The notes beneath the pieces are model-generated. The model worked only from the letters and a program-made list of their open reading frames with translations. It was not told the origin of the DNA and did not search any database. The position numbers and the translations under genes are program-made. A DNA stretch of 64,000 bases, from assembly GCA_964276515.1 (NCBI GenBank), contig OZ193910.1:8804001-8868000 (forward strand), in the 5' to 3' direction. This document shows, piece by piece, positions 38,111 to 51,853 of this stretch; within the stretch, counting starts at the first letter, position 1, and every line of letters begins with the position of its first letter. The stretch comes from Gordius albopunctatus. Lineage: Eukaryota.

Positions 38111-41100
38111 GCTGGTCAAAATAGAAGAATTCTCCGACCTAATGGAAATGGAGGACTGGATTATGGTACTAGAAAACGCCATGGATATCAAAGGAGTTAC
38201 GCCTGCGAACAAAAAAAATATCTCATCACATTCCTTGGACTTCCGAATTTGAAAAGGTTAAAATATAAAATTTACCCTAAAAAAATAGAGGATAGTACTT
38301 ATGAAGATTTAAAAAAAGAATTACTTTTGTTATTTGGAAGTAAAAACTCGATTTTTTTTATAGATTACAATTCTTAAGGGCTAGGAGAAAAAATGAGTCA
38401 GTTGAAGATTTCTCACAAAAATTAAAGTCTTTGGTTATCTTGTGTGAGTATAAGGAAGAAGATGAGATGTTAACCCTCCATCGTACCTATGGGGTCTGAC
38501 AGACCCCACGAAAGTTATAATTTAACATAACTTAAACAGTTTAAGATTTAGAGATCTGGTTTTTTTAGAGTTTTCCTAAATAATACAAAAGCTACATTCC
38601 CTGAAATTTTCATTTGATTTACTCCAATACTTTTTGAGATATAAGCGTTTGGGGTTCAATAGACCCCATAAGGCAAGTTGAGAAAGTTTTTTTGTTTTGG
38701 CCAAAAATTTTTTTCATTTTTTTACTTAAAAATAGTAATTTAAATATGTATATAACATTTGAAATGAATATCGCTACTCAAATTTTTAATTATTGACAAT
38801 TATTGATGTTCATGTGGAGCTATTTTTAGTAATTTTTGTAATCAGCTGTTATGAGTTGGCCAAGCATCTTTTGGCAAATCATTCCCTAACAATGGTGGGA
38901 ACTCTAAAAAAAAATAAAAGGCAAATTCCACCAAATTTTGGCCAAGCTAAAGATGCAAAAGTTTTATCAAGTAATTTTCTTTTCCAAGAAAATCTAACAT
39001 TAGTATCTTACATTCCAAAAAAAAACAAGCAGGTGATGTTGCTGTCATCTCTCCATTATGACCAAAAAATTGACCCAAAATCTGGGACTGCTCAAAAACC
39101 AGAAATAATCACCTTTTACAACATGACTAAAGGGGGAGTTGATATAGTGGATCAACTTTGTGCATCCTATAATGTTTCAAGGGTGTCCAATCGCTGGCCC
39201 CTTACTGTTTTTTTCACCTTACTAAATATCGCAACCATAAATTCTATGCTAGTTTATCAGTTTAACCATCAAATTCGCATGTAAGGGCAAAAAATTATAA
39301 AAATGTTGACCAGAGAACTCTCCAAAATACATATGGTAAACAGGTTGAATAACAAACAGCTCCATAAAGATACAAGGGAATTTATTAAACGATTGTACAA
39401 CGTTGAAGAGAATCCCGAACCAAGATCTGATAAAAAACGAAGATTTTCCAGTTGCCCCCGCAACCGAGATATAAAAACAAGATTTTTGTGCAATTCTTGT
39501 CAAAACCAGCTCTGTTCTAGTCACATTGTAATGTTGTGTGAAAAATGCAGTGAAAAAAACGAAAAATAAAACACCTATTTTTAAAGTCTTCTATTTTTTT
39601 TCTGTATAATCATTTTATCGTGAAATTATGTTTTTTATATTTTTTAAACATTCTTTTAATAAAAAACATTTACTTTTTATATTTTTGACTAATTGTTTAG
39701 AATCTGTGACAAAAATAAAACATGTCACTTTATATTTTATGAATTTTCTTCATGTTTAGTAAATTGCATATAATTTTTAAATTAATATTTATAATCAAAA
39801 TTTTTTTTTCTACAAACCTACAAGAGGCTTTAATAAACTTATATTTAAAATTAGAGAACTTTTTCTTTAATGGTATTAAAGCTACGATCATTTTAAGATT
39901 GGGGTCTATTAGACCCCATAAGTCATCTGGGAGGGTAATTTCTATAGGTACGATGGAGGGTTAAGGGATGGGTTTTTGTTAGGGTTAAATAATAGTAGAT
40001 TAGAAAATGAAATAAGAATAAGATTTCCTGATGGTAAAGATGGAAATGAAAAGTTAAAATTTAAAACTGTATTTGAATTGGCACTTAGCTTTGAGAGAGC
40101 CTCAAATGAAGTGGTAGATAAAGATAAAGATATATTACATGAAGAAATTAATAAAATTACAAAAGTTCATGATAATAATAAAAACAACTATGCAGACCTA
40201 GTATGCTTTAATTGCAAAAAGAAAGGCCATTTAGCTAGATTTTGTTATTTTAACAAAAATTAGCTTTAAGAGAGCCTCAAATGAAGTGGTAGATAAAGAT
40301 ATATTACATGAAGAAATTAATAAAATTACAAAAGTTCATGATAATAATAAAAACAACTATGCAGACCTAGTATGCTTAATTGCAAAAAGAAAGGCCATTT
40401 AGCTAGATTTTGTTATTTTAACAAAAATAATGATCATTATAAATTCAAAAATTATAATAATAAAAGAAACAATATCAATTGTGTTAAAGTGTATAAAACT
40501 AATAAATCATTGGTTAAAGTGGTATTAAATGATAAAAACTATAATTTCGAGTTTGACACTGCAGCTAAGGCTACTGTCATAGATAAGCAGACTTGGATGG
40601 AAATTGGTAAGCCTGAGTTAAGGAATTGTCCAAGTATATTGAGTTATGGAAACTTTAGTGTCAAAACTTTGGGCAAGTGTTTAGCAAAAGCTCAAATTAA
40701 CAATAAATGTTTAGAAATTCCTTTGTTAGTAGTTAATGAAGGGGATTTAATATTGGGATTACCAGAAATTTTAGAATTTGGATTTGAATTACCTAAAAAC
40801 ATTGTAATTAGACAGCTTAAATTAGAAAATTTGATCGAGCAGTTTCCTAAAGTGTTTTCAGAGAAATTAGCTGAAGTTAAAAATTTTATGGCAAATTTGC
40901 ACTTAAAACCCCCCTATAAGCCTATAAGTTTGCCACCACGAAGGGTACCTTTTCCGATGAGGGAGGCCATCGAATCTGAGATTAAAAGACTTTTGGAAGA
41001 ACAAGTAATAGAAAAAGTCGAACTTAACACTGAAATTTCATGGTGTACCTCTACTGTCAATCGATTTAAGAAAAACAAATCCATTAGAATATGTGGGGAC

Positions 41101-42197
41101 TTTAAGGCCACGTTAAATGATTACCTATGCGATATTGGGGATACCCTGCCTACCTTTGAGGATGTAACATCCAAGCTTCTCGGGAGCGATAAATTCACGT
41201 GTATCGATTTGCGAGACGCTTTCTTACAATTAAGAATGTCTGAGCAAAGCGCAAAACTACTTACCATTTCTACACACGTAGGATTATTCCGTTATCGTAG
41301 GCTACCATTCGGAATAAAGGTTGCTCCATTGATTTTTCAAAGGTATATCACTAATCTGTTAGCTGGAATTCCAAATACAGCCGTATTTATTGATGATATT
41401 ATCATTACGGGACTTAATGATGAACAACATATTTCAAATATTAAAAAAGTATTGAAACGGTTTGGAGAGGTAGGAATTACCACAACACCAGACAAAATAA
41501 AATATCTGCAAGACTGGGTTGTTTATTTGGGCCACAAGATTAGTTCTAAAGGTATTCAACCTACGGAGGAAAAAATTTTAGCTTTAAGGAATTGTAAAAG
41601 ACCCACAAATAAATCTGAGCTTAAAGGATTTTTAGGACTATTAACATATTTAGGCAAATTTATACCTATGTTACAACCACAATGTGTACCATTACACAAC
41701 CTTTTAAAAAAAGAGGCTAAATGGGAATGGGGGAAAGAGGAAGAAGATTGTTTTGACAAATTGAAAAACTTAATATCTAGTGAAGATACCGTTGTTCCAT
41801 ATTCGTTACGGAAGCCGTTAGTTCTGTATACAGACGCTTGTGAAGCAGGATTGGGAGCGGTGTTAATGCACGTGGAGTCGGATGGACAAGAAAGGCCTAT
41901 TGCCTATGCATCAAGGGTTTTAAGTCAAGCAGAAAAGGGATTCCACTATTGACAAGGAAGCTTTGGGTATTATTTACTCTGTTAATAAATTTCACCAATA
42001 CATTTATGGGAGAACATTCACATTAAAAACAGATCATCGACCGTTACAATACATTTTTGGTCGAGAGGGACACCATTATAATTGCAATTTACGATTACAA
42101 AGATGGAGTACTAAATTAATGGCTTATGACTTTAAAATTGAGTATATTTCTGGAAAGACTAATCAAATCGCAGATACATTATCTCGACTACCTACCC
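38111..42197 (+). mobile_element. Ty3/Gypsy gag-pol copy A (gag, PR, RT, RNase H), split by a piggyBac
   Basis: CFNCKKKGHLARFC knuckle (locally duplicated about 40261-40430), FDTAA protease, RT ICGDFK..LPFG..FIDD, RNase H YTDAC..TDHRPL; frameshifts in homopolymers. Confidence 0.93.
38474..39960 (+). mobile_element. Internally deleted piggyBac
   Basis: TTAA TSDs (38470-38473, 39961-39964); 17-bp TIR CCCTCCATCGTACCTAT; transposase C-terminal half VGTLKKNK..KPEIITFYNMTKGGVDIVDQ..RWP and a Cys-rich tail; empty TTAA site in the sister Gypsy copy at 43824-43827. Confidence 0.97.
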
Positions 42198-42349
42198 TTG
42201 CGTCTTGTTTAAATCCTGCAATTGGTTCCTCTTCCTCGGGTCCTATTGATTCCTTTAGGTTGTCTATGGCTTTCGGTAAGTGATCTGTGTGTTTACGCTT
42301 AATCCGTCCTTCGTAAAGTGTTGGGATCTGTTTATCAAAATTTATAAAC

Positions 42350-42728
42350 ATATAGATGGCGTCATCGAATAATATACATGTTTAACAATTAATTAAATTT
42401 TTATATAAAAAAAAATCTTATTTTTTTTTTAAATAATAACCAAAAACTATTTTTTCTTCATTTAAAATTGTAAATATTTAAAAAGTTTGACGCATCTTGA
42501 AAAAGGAAAATAGTTAAAGTAAAATGAAAATTTATTCTTAAATTTATCGCATAAAACAAGAGATTTTTAACAGGTTAACCTGAGGTAAACCTGGGTTTCA
42601 GGTTGTGGATAAAATTGACCTGAAGGTTTTTCAGGTTGATTTTCGGGATCAACCCTGGTAAGGTTTTAGAACGCCCGAACCTGAACCCTCAGGTTACCTG
42701 ATCAAAACCTAGGTTTTGATCATCACTA
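42350..42728 (-). mobile_element. hAT-like terminus truncating Gypsy copy B
   Basis: TAGTGATG terminus at 42728 directly abuts the RT of copy B; CAGGTT/AACCTG subterminal motifs. Only one end is visible. Confidence 0.5.
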
Positions 42729-44600
42729 GTAAGAAAGCGTCTCGCAAATCGATACATGTGAATTTATCGCCCCCGAGAAGCTTGGATGTTACATTCTCAA
42801 AGGTAGGCAGGGTATCCCCAATCTCGCATAGGTAATCATTTAACGTGGCCTTAAAGTCTCCGCATATTCTAATGGATTTGTTTTTCTTAAATCGATTGAC
42901 ACTAGGGGTACACCATGGAATTTCAGTGTTAAGTTGGACTTTTTCTATTACTTGCTCTTCCAAAAGTCTTTTAATCTCAGATTCGATGGCCTCCCTCATC
43001 GGAAAAGGTACCCTTCGTGGTGGCAAACTTATAGGCTTATAGGGGGGTTTTAAGTGCAAATTTACCATAAAATTTTTAACTTCACCTAATTTTTCTGAAA
43101 ACACTTTAGGAAACTGCTCGATCAAATTTTCTAATTTACGCTGTCTAATTACAATGTTTTTAGGTAATTCAAATCCAAATTCTAAAATTTCTGGTAATCC
43201 CAATATTAAATCCCCTTCATTAACTACTAACAAAGGAATTTCTAAACATTTATTGTTAATTTGAGCTTTTGCTAAACACTTGCCCAAAGTTTTGACACTA
43301 AAGTTTCCATAACTCAATATACTTGGACAATTCCTTAACTCAGGCTTACCAATTTCCATCCAAGTCTGCTTATCTATGACAGTAGCCTGAGCTGCAGTGT
43401 CAAACTCGAAATTATAGTTTTTATCATTTAATACCACTTTAACCAATGCTTTATTAGTTTTATACACTTTAACACAATTGATATTGTTTCTTTTATTATT
43501 ATAATTTTTGAATTTATAATGATCATTATTTTTGTTAAAATAACAAAATCTAGCTAAATGGCCTTTCTTTTTGCAATTAAAGCATACTAGGTCTGCATAG
43601 TTGTTTTTATTATTATCATGAACTTTTGTAATTTTATTAATTTCTTCATGTAATATATCTTTATCTTTATCTACCACTTCATTTGAGGCTCTCTCAAAGC
43701 TAAGTGCCAATTCAAATACAGTTTTAAATTTTAACTTTTCATTTCCATCTTTACCATCAGGAAATCTTATTCTTATTTCATTTTCTAATCTACTATTATT
43801 TAACCCTAACAAAAACCCATCCCTTAACATCTCATCTTCTTCCTTATACTCACACAAGATAACCAAAGACTTTAATTTTTGTGAGAAATCTTCAACTGAC
43901 TCATTTTTCCTCCTAGCCCTTAAGAATTGTAATCTATAAAAAAATCGAGTTTTTACTTCCAAATAACAAAAGTAATTCTTTTTTTAAATCTTCATAAGTA
44001 CTATCCTCTATTTTTTTAGGGTAAATTTTATATTTTAACCTTTTCAAATTCGGAAGTCCAAGGAATGTGATGAGATATTTTTTGTTCGCAGGCGTAACTC
44101 CTTTGATATCCATGGCGTTTTCTAGTACCATAATCCAGTCCTCCGTTTCCATTAGGTCGGAGAATTCTTCTATTTTGACCAGCGATAAAAACTAATTATA
44201 AAAATTAATATTAAGATAGCCATAACAAGTAAAGATTTTTCCATTATTAATAAAATAAAAAAAAATTAACAAACCTACGTAGTCCCTTTTTTGTGCGAAT
44301 CGAACGTTTAGTGCCTCGGGTCCTCTCGTCGTGGATTCGGATTTTCAGCTTCGTACTACCAATTTAATGTTCGTGCACCACTATCAAATGAATCCAATGG
44401 ACGATTACGATTTATAACGATATTTAATCAAATGGGTATGACAACAATATCTTTGGATATAAATGTAAGCGTTAACCAATATCAATTCTCATTTGCGTAA
44501 GCTCATCTGCGTAAGTTCGTCTGCATAGGTTCATCTGTGTAAACTTTATTCTATGAGATATGTGCATACTTAAGATATGCGCATACTTAAATTTGTTGCG
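42729..44600 (-). mobile_element. Ty3/Gypsy copy B (LTR end, PBS, gag-PR-RT start), inverted relative to copy A
   Basis: Near-identical to copy A over 42729-44183; LTR end ..CACGAACA at 44368 followed by TTAAATTGGTAGTACG (PBS-like). Confidence 0.9.
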
Positions 44601-44605
44601 TCCAC

Positions 44606-44990
44606 TGTCTTAATTGATTTGGAACTTAATTGCCACATTTACATTACCTTACTACTTCGCGACGTTAATTGACCAATCAAGCATACCTCGCGGATTCACC
44701 ACTAAATGTAATTGATTTATTTATACCTCGCGGAGGGACCACTAAATGTAATTTATTTGTTTATACCTCGCGGAGACACCACTAACTTAATTGATTTATT
44801 CAATTAATTCACGAGTATATAAAGAAGTTTAAAACACTTCTTACTCACTTTTCTCGCAACGATTTACTTTAATTGGATATACAATAAAGTAATTATTACT
44901 TTATCCTTCTGGTATTTACTTCCCGAAAAATTAATCAAAATTTGAATATTCGAACTAAATACTAAACTAAAAAGTTAAACAACAACAACA
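44606..44990 (+). mobile_element. Solo-LTR-like element
   Basis: TG..CA termini, internal repeats, TATATAAA and AATAAA; homologous to 35982-36305; no clear TSD. Confidence 0.65.
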
Positions 44991-44994
44991 CCCA

Positions 44995-46272
44995 TTTTGA
45001 TCAAGTTTATTTGACATCACGCGAGGCATTATTGGCTGTTGCAAACTTTTTCGCGGCTCTCTTTGCCTTCCTATACTCTTCATAATCCTCCTTCTTTTTT
45101 GATTTATGCCACCGTCTATATAGATTTCCTAATCGATTGACCACCATCATAGTTCTTTATTCATAGCTTTGCATCCTTTGGTCTCAAATTGCTGTTTCCT
45201 TTAGGTTCGTAAGTGTCTCCCAATCGTCGTCTACGTCTTGCTACTTCCTTGCACCTAAGAATGAGGAGGCTTATATTGATGATATTTATCGTTCGTCGAC
45301 GTATTCTTCAGGATTTTGTATCGAATTAAAGGTTTATAAACCCTTCTTGTTTCGGAAAATACTCTTCTTCCAAGATCTATCATAAGTGGACGATGTTTTC
45401 AGGCGATTTCTTCTCCCGGAAACACCTTGCAATCCTTGATACTCCATAAGTACTTTGGCCCTATGAGCAGATAGTCAATTTGACTAAAATGCTTTCTATG
45501 TCTATAAGTCACCATATGATCTTCGCGTTCTTGAAAATAGGTGTTAACGATCGCAATGTCGTGTGCTTCGGATACTTGGAGAAAACTCTGCCCATCTTTG
45601 TTCTTCAGACCATACCCATAGCCACCATAATTTTGTTCGTACCCAGGCGATCTTTCCCTACGTGAGCGTTTTAATCCCCAATTATTAGCCTTTATTCCAG
45701 TCCTATTCCTAATATTTCCTGTTCCAATGAATTGAAGAATATGTCTTTATCTGATTCCATACACCCAATTTGGGGAACATACAAACAGTTGGGAGGCCCC
45801 CTTGATTTGGAAACTTCACTCACATTAACCTGTCCGAAAAACGCTTGACTTCCACCACCTTGTCCTGATTCGCTTAGAACGATACCGACCCCTTTTCTAC
45901 GATTTGATGACCCACTGTGGAATGGTTTTTATTTTTATTTTAACTCCCAAACTTTGGCTCAGTTCCACCTCGTGGCGATGTGTACCTTTTTTTATCATTT
46001 GTGCGACCTCGATGCTCTTTCCCTTCAACGTGCCCACATTCCAGCAGGTTATTCGCATCTCCTACACATCTAATTTCTTTGACCGGCTTTCAGGCAGTAA
46101 CCCTAGTGTACTCTTCACATTGCACGGGCGGGAATCAGGACATCCTAGCTTTCTTTTGTAGAGTTTTTTTTGATACTATCGTGATTTTAAAGTTGGTTGT
46201 TACAGACGTTTCCGACCTGAGGCCAATTCTCCACTTTTTGCACGTGGACTTGGGACCGTCGTAGGAATTGAA
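44995..46272 (-). mobile_element. Decayed RTE 5' portion (leader + APE), same family as 14866-17950
   Basis: Leader ..GACGGTCCCAAGTCC..AGTGGAG..CAGGTCGGAA; APE remnants WNVGTL, GVGIV, CKVFPGEEIA, ELWW. Confidence 0.85.
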
Positions 46273-48676
46273 ATATCCATATCTGCTTCAGCAGGTTCCT
46301 CACCTATATATGATTACTTTAAGTTGGCCTGAACTGGATTGCCTATGGGTGGATTAATGCATCAGGAGCTTGCATGGAATTATTTATGAAATTTTTAACC
46401 ATAGTTCATACATAGCTCTTTTATCTTCGGATAGCATTAGTGACGCGTAAAGTTGTTAAATTGCTAACTTGCTTCAACTCCAAACGCGAGCACGCACACT
46501 GAGTTGTTTTATATCCGCGTTAGCACAATCTGTGCTCACTGTTTGTTGCACTAGGCAGAATAGTAGCATGTAAAAATGCTCAAGGTGCGAGTGCAAATAC
46601 CAAGATCTGTTCAAGCATTGAGCAGATTGCCTGAGCAGAAACTCAAGCAGATAGCAGATTTAATAAAAGTAATTGCTACGAGTTAATAACTTTAAATATT
46701 TTCTTATATTATATATGATAGATAAATTAAGAGGTTTGCACCCCCCCCCCTTGACGGGAAGTAATCTGCCCCCCCCTCCTTTTTAAACCTCTCCCCCCCC
46801 CTCTGGTGAGTGAGTGTGTAAAACGGGGGGGGGGTAAATCACCGAGACAAAAAAAGGGGGGGGGGCATAGTTCTTAAGATTGTGTGATATATATTCCTCT
46901 CTCGTATTTCCCCAATTTATAGCCGATTCATGCGCAGTCTCCCCTAGCTCATTTGCGTAGGTTAATTTACGTAAGTTCATTTGCGTAGACGTTATTATCT
47001 GCATGATGTGCATACTTAAAATAAACAAATTCATCAAAATTTATCCAGGCATGCAAATAACTACAACAGTAACAAAGATTTTATGTCCTAAATGTAAGGA
47101 ACTTCTTTTTATGCTATAGCTCAAAATTAGGGTTTATGTTACATTTATAAAATAATAGGATTTGTTATAATATATATTTGTATTTATTAAGCTTAAATAT
47201 GTAACTTTGTTTTCGTGAAAATAACTGTAGTCTAATTCTAATATAAGCCATTTATTAACATGACTTCATATCCTCCCGCTCCATGTTAATGTTACGAGAC
47301 CTCCCATCCAGCCCTGATCCTTTGTAACACAATTTAACTCCTCTCCATGTCTCAAGCTACAGCTTAAATATTGCAAAATGCTTAGGGGATTTTTTTTGCT
47401 TTATTAACCCACGCAAAAATCTAATTATTGATTATTCATATATAACCATGCCTCGCTATTTCATTTCTATAACTTGTACGACTATTATCGTAACATTTTT
47501 ATATGCTGATTGCTAAGCCATGCAATATAATTTTTATATGTTAATTTCTTCCAGCATAAAATTCCTTTTATTTTGCCCTGACCAAATCATGCGCCATCAT
47601 TACTGTTTATATTTCTTTTATATTATTTTTTTTTAATTTATTTTTATGCAAATTTACATTACATACTTATCTTAGATATAGTTATATAATAGCTATTAAT
47701 CAAATTTATAACAAAGATAAGTAGGCTGATTAAAGAGTTCTAGTACAATTATGTTGGTTTTATTTAAAACATAAATTGTTGTTAGCACGGATAGAGAACA
47801 TATGCTATTATACGTAATCACAGATCAAATTGCTTTAAAGTTCATAAGGATTGCATACCATAAATAGTAAATTTAAATATCTTACGTTTAGAGGAAATTC
47901 TATTTAATATAAATTATGCCTAAAAATACCAAATTTAATTGAGCAAATTACACTTGAACTAAATTTGAGCTTGGGGCTTGAGATTTAGGTGGTCTACCAA
48001 GTCCCACCCGAAACATTTACTTTATTAATTTTGTTCTAGCTCGGTCTCTGCGTGACTCTACTTGCTCCGCAAATATTTTTAAACTTTTGCTCACGCTTAT
48101 AGTCTAACGTTTAATTATTTGCTATGATTTTCCGTTTTTCCCCTCCCCTCAACCTACCATAACAATTTATTAATGACTCCGGAAGCGGAAATTGACACCT
48201 CAATCAACAAGAACAAATGTGAAGTACCTCGGCAACAATTGTGAAAACACGTCCTAAGCAACCTGATATCTACAAAGTTCTGGTAGAATTCTTTGCCTTA
48301 ATGAATAGAAAGGACTTTTCTTCCCATATCATCATCTATCCATGAGTTCGAGCCCGACGCCCAAACTAATAACCCATTGAGATCCTCCTCTTACAGAGTC
48401 TCAAGGTAGAATCATATCCTTATTATTTATATGCTTTTAGTTACATGTTTATGCTTTTTGCTTTTTCCCACTTCTTCCTGCTACAAACATAATAATGACT
48501 TACACTTTTTCTTACTAACCGTAACTACTAACCTACTAATAACTGAACACGTAATCTCTAGGTAAGGTGGCGCGAGGTGCACCAATGGTGTCAGATGGAA
48601 CTCAATTTAGTTTGCTGATTTAGCTAAGCTCTAGTTTGTCCATACATCTTTTTCTTTGTATTCAACAGTCATCTTT

Positions 48677-49913
48677 ATGTATTATATCTGCTTTAAGGGA
48701 CTTGATGGAAAGAGTTCATTGTATAAATTGAACACCTTGAATAATTATTTTTTGCAAAACCTCATTCAAAAATATGTATGAATACATTTATAATTAATAA
48801 ATATTTATTAGACAACACAAGATCATATTTACCTTACGTGCAATATATTATCTGATAGCAAATGCCCAATAGTATCAATTAATGCACATTTTAAGGCATG
48901 TGGTGGTAAGGGAGGCTTTGGATCAATGCTCAGAGCTATTGGAGCTCAGATAGAAAAGACTACAAATAGAGGAGCTTGTAGAGATTTAAGTGGTCGAAGA
49001 ATGAGGGATGTTGATGCAGAAAAAGCGTAAATACTGTAAATATAATTTAAGATTTGCTTTAGACTTAAAGAATGGGTTAAAAATAATCCAGATGCTGAAT
49101 TGGAAAAGGAGAGAAAAAAACAAGAAAAGAGGGAAAAAATTTTAAACCCTGGAAAACATTTTTTGACAGATATAGATTTTATAAATGGGAGAGCAAATGT
49201 GGAGGAAGATGTTAATGATGCTTTACAACAAGGTTTTTTTGCAATTATGTCTTTATTTTGTAGGATTAAATAATGAAACAAATTTCAATTTATTGGGTAA
49301 TAAACGAAAAAAAGCCTTACACACACTTCCAATACCAAAAATGTAATAATAATATATTTTGACAAATAACAAAGTTACATTCAACATTTGTTAGTTTTAT
49401 AAGTGTCTAAATTAATTTTATTTGTATATTAAAGGCTTAAAAAAGATTTGGACTTATCGTTCAGCTCTAGTGAAGAACATAGCGATGAAGAAGTTTTGCC
49501 ACAAACTCAATTTCGGTCTTTAAAAGATGGTATATTTTATTTAATATGTGAAAATAAAATTTATATAAAGAAGGTTCTATTTCACTACAAAGTACATTAC
49601 AAGTACCAGATTTAGATAGTCCATTAGAAAATACACCTCAGGTTTCCAGTAATATAGATCAATCAACAAGCCCAAACTTAATTGGACAAGTTGTGCAGGT
49701 ATTATTTTGATTTAGTATCAATTCATTTTGTATTTTTACATTTAGGAAATAACATTTGAAAGAATAAATATTGATGAATACCATACCATTGAAGATCTTG
49801 AACACTTTGGTTTAGATCATTTGAAGTATGAATTGAAGCTGAGAGGTATCAAATGTGGTGGAACACAAAGAGAAAGAGCTGAAAGATTGTTTAAACAAAA
49901 AATAACAAAATAG
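48677..49913 (+). CDS. SDE2: Splicing regulator / replication stress regulator SDE2
   Basis: Ubiquitin-like N-terminus ([13 protein letters not shown]..), then [39 protein letters not shown]..; C-terminal SAP-like [32 protein letters not shown]; short GT-AG introns; TAG at 49911-49913. Confidence 0.95.
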
Positions 49914-50501
49914 TTTTATTTCAATACACTTTTCAATATTTAAGCTATTTAATTTATAAGTATAATTATATCAATTATCAAATGGCTATGTAATACATCC
50001 TTGACTCTATTATGAGTTGTTTTTATTTGTTTAGTTTGCGCATGGAAAAGCCTGTGTTTAAGGTATTAAGCATTCAAATCACAGCTCTTAGCAATCAGAG
50101 CCTGCCAGAGATGTGCATAATATTACCCAAAGGGCCAGGGGATGACTTTAAATTTTTTTAAAACAATACCAACACTTTAAATGGGAAACAAAATTGTTAA
50201 TCGCTATAAAAACTTCAAATTGGTTTAATATATTGGCTGCAGAAATAACATCTTGGTTTCCTATATGGTTGCAACTAAAAAATGCAATAGCATGTAAAAC
50301 AGTGACTTAGCTAGAGGTAGCCAAACCCTCACCCTTCCACCAAGAGCTAAATCCTAGTTCCTTCGACCTAGTTGCGGAAAAATTAGGCATGAGTCAAATG
50401 CAGGTCAACCTTAGGCTGGTTTAAAGGTTCCTTGAAAAACCTCTAAGGTGTAAAAACGCTAAACCTCAATATCGAGGTTTAAAGTAGAAGTTAGCTTTAA
50501 C

Positions 50502-50775
50502 CAGGCGCGTAGCCAAGGGGGCAGAAAGCGGGAATTTTCTGCCCCCTTGACCAAAATTTGAAATTTTTTTCAAGGTCCATTTCTTTAAGGTATAAAATCG
50601 ATAGCAAATGCTCTGATTAATGAAGAGAGGAGATTTTTCTAAAGCTGGTTATATAGCGCCTTGAAGTTTCGCATATATTGTAAGCGAAGTTTACTTTTGT
50701 TACATTATAAATAAAAGTATCGAAATTTTTTTTGAATTTTTCTTCCCCCTTGAGAAAATTCTGGCTACGCGCCTG
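50502..50775. mobile_element. hAT-type MITE
   Basis: TIR CAGGCGCGTAGCCA / TGGCTACGCGCCTG; 8-bp TSD GCTTTAAC (50494-50501, 50776-50783). Confidence 0.93.
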
Positions 50776-51061
50776 GCTTTAACCTTGAGTTCAATTGAAA
50801 AGCTTAAGGCGTAGGGATTAGCGTAAAATCATGGTTATTTAATCTTAAATGAGATTTTTTGTTTATAGAAATTGCGGGTATTATACTAGAGAAAAGTATA
50901 ATAATACAAATAAATAATGCTGTAAACATTTTTAAGTCCATTAACAAAAAATCGTTCAAAATTTTATGATAAATTTTTTTAAAATTTAATATAAATAAAT
51001 GTCTTATATTTTTTAATACAAAAAATAGCCATGATAAAAAATAATAGTTTTATTTCGACAA

Positions 51062-51853
51062 TCTTATATATAAAAATGAAACTATGTATGTGTGTATATA
51101 TGCCGCCACCAATTTTGGAAAACTACCAGACCGATTTGGCTCAAAGTTTCACAGTTTATTCCTGACACTCCAGAGCATGTTTTAAGATTTGTTCGAGCCA
51201 AATCGGTTCAGTAGTTTTCGAGTTTGCTTTATACCCTTTGACGTTTAATAAAATGTCAATCAAACCCAATCTCATGACGTACTGCGCATCTATCGTGTTC
51301 TTTGAAAATTTGAATATATAGTTCTTTAATAAAAGTGTATCACTTATAGTATTTTCTAGACCGTCATGCGTGTAGGTAGCGTAGTGTGATAAATGTAGGC
51401 ATGTGCTGCGGAAAATGGAAACTTTTTACGATTTGAAACATAAAATCAAAGTCATTTTTTGCTTATTTTTCGCGTCAATTATTATTATAGGACGGTCGTG
51501 TCCCATCCTACGTGGCTAAATAAATTTAAAAATCTCATTTTATGATTTTTTGCGCGTTAAATAAGGAGAAAAATAGAAATACTTTTAACAAAGTGCCAAT
51601 AAATGTTGATATATCTCAGTTCTTCGGACATTATTAAGTTCAAAATTAAAGGTTTTATTCAGAAACAAATAATTATAATTAGGGCTGCACCGGTATCGGT
51701 ACTACGGAAATAGAACAATAGAAGTAGAACATATAGACATCAAACTTTATTTTTTATTAAATAACCGCTTTATCATCATATATGCCCTAAAATTCCAACA
51801 TAATTTAATACACCCGGGTAAATGGCAAAACAACGTTTGCCGGGTTCATCTAG
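51062..51853 (+). mobile_element. Non-autonomous Helitron
   Basis: 5' A|TCTTATATATAAAAATG; 3' hairpin GGCAAA-ACAACG-TTTGCC then GGGTTCATCTAG|T; inserted at AT without a TSD. Confidence 0.85.

Noticed and set aside
48946..49281. 111-aa minus-strand ORF
   Set aside because: It is antisense to SDE2 exons.
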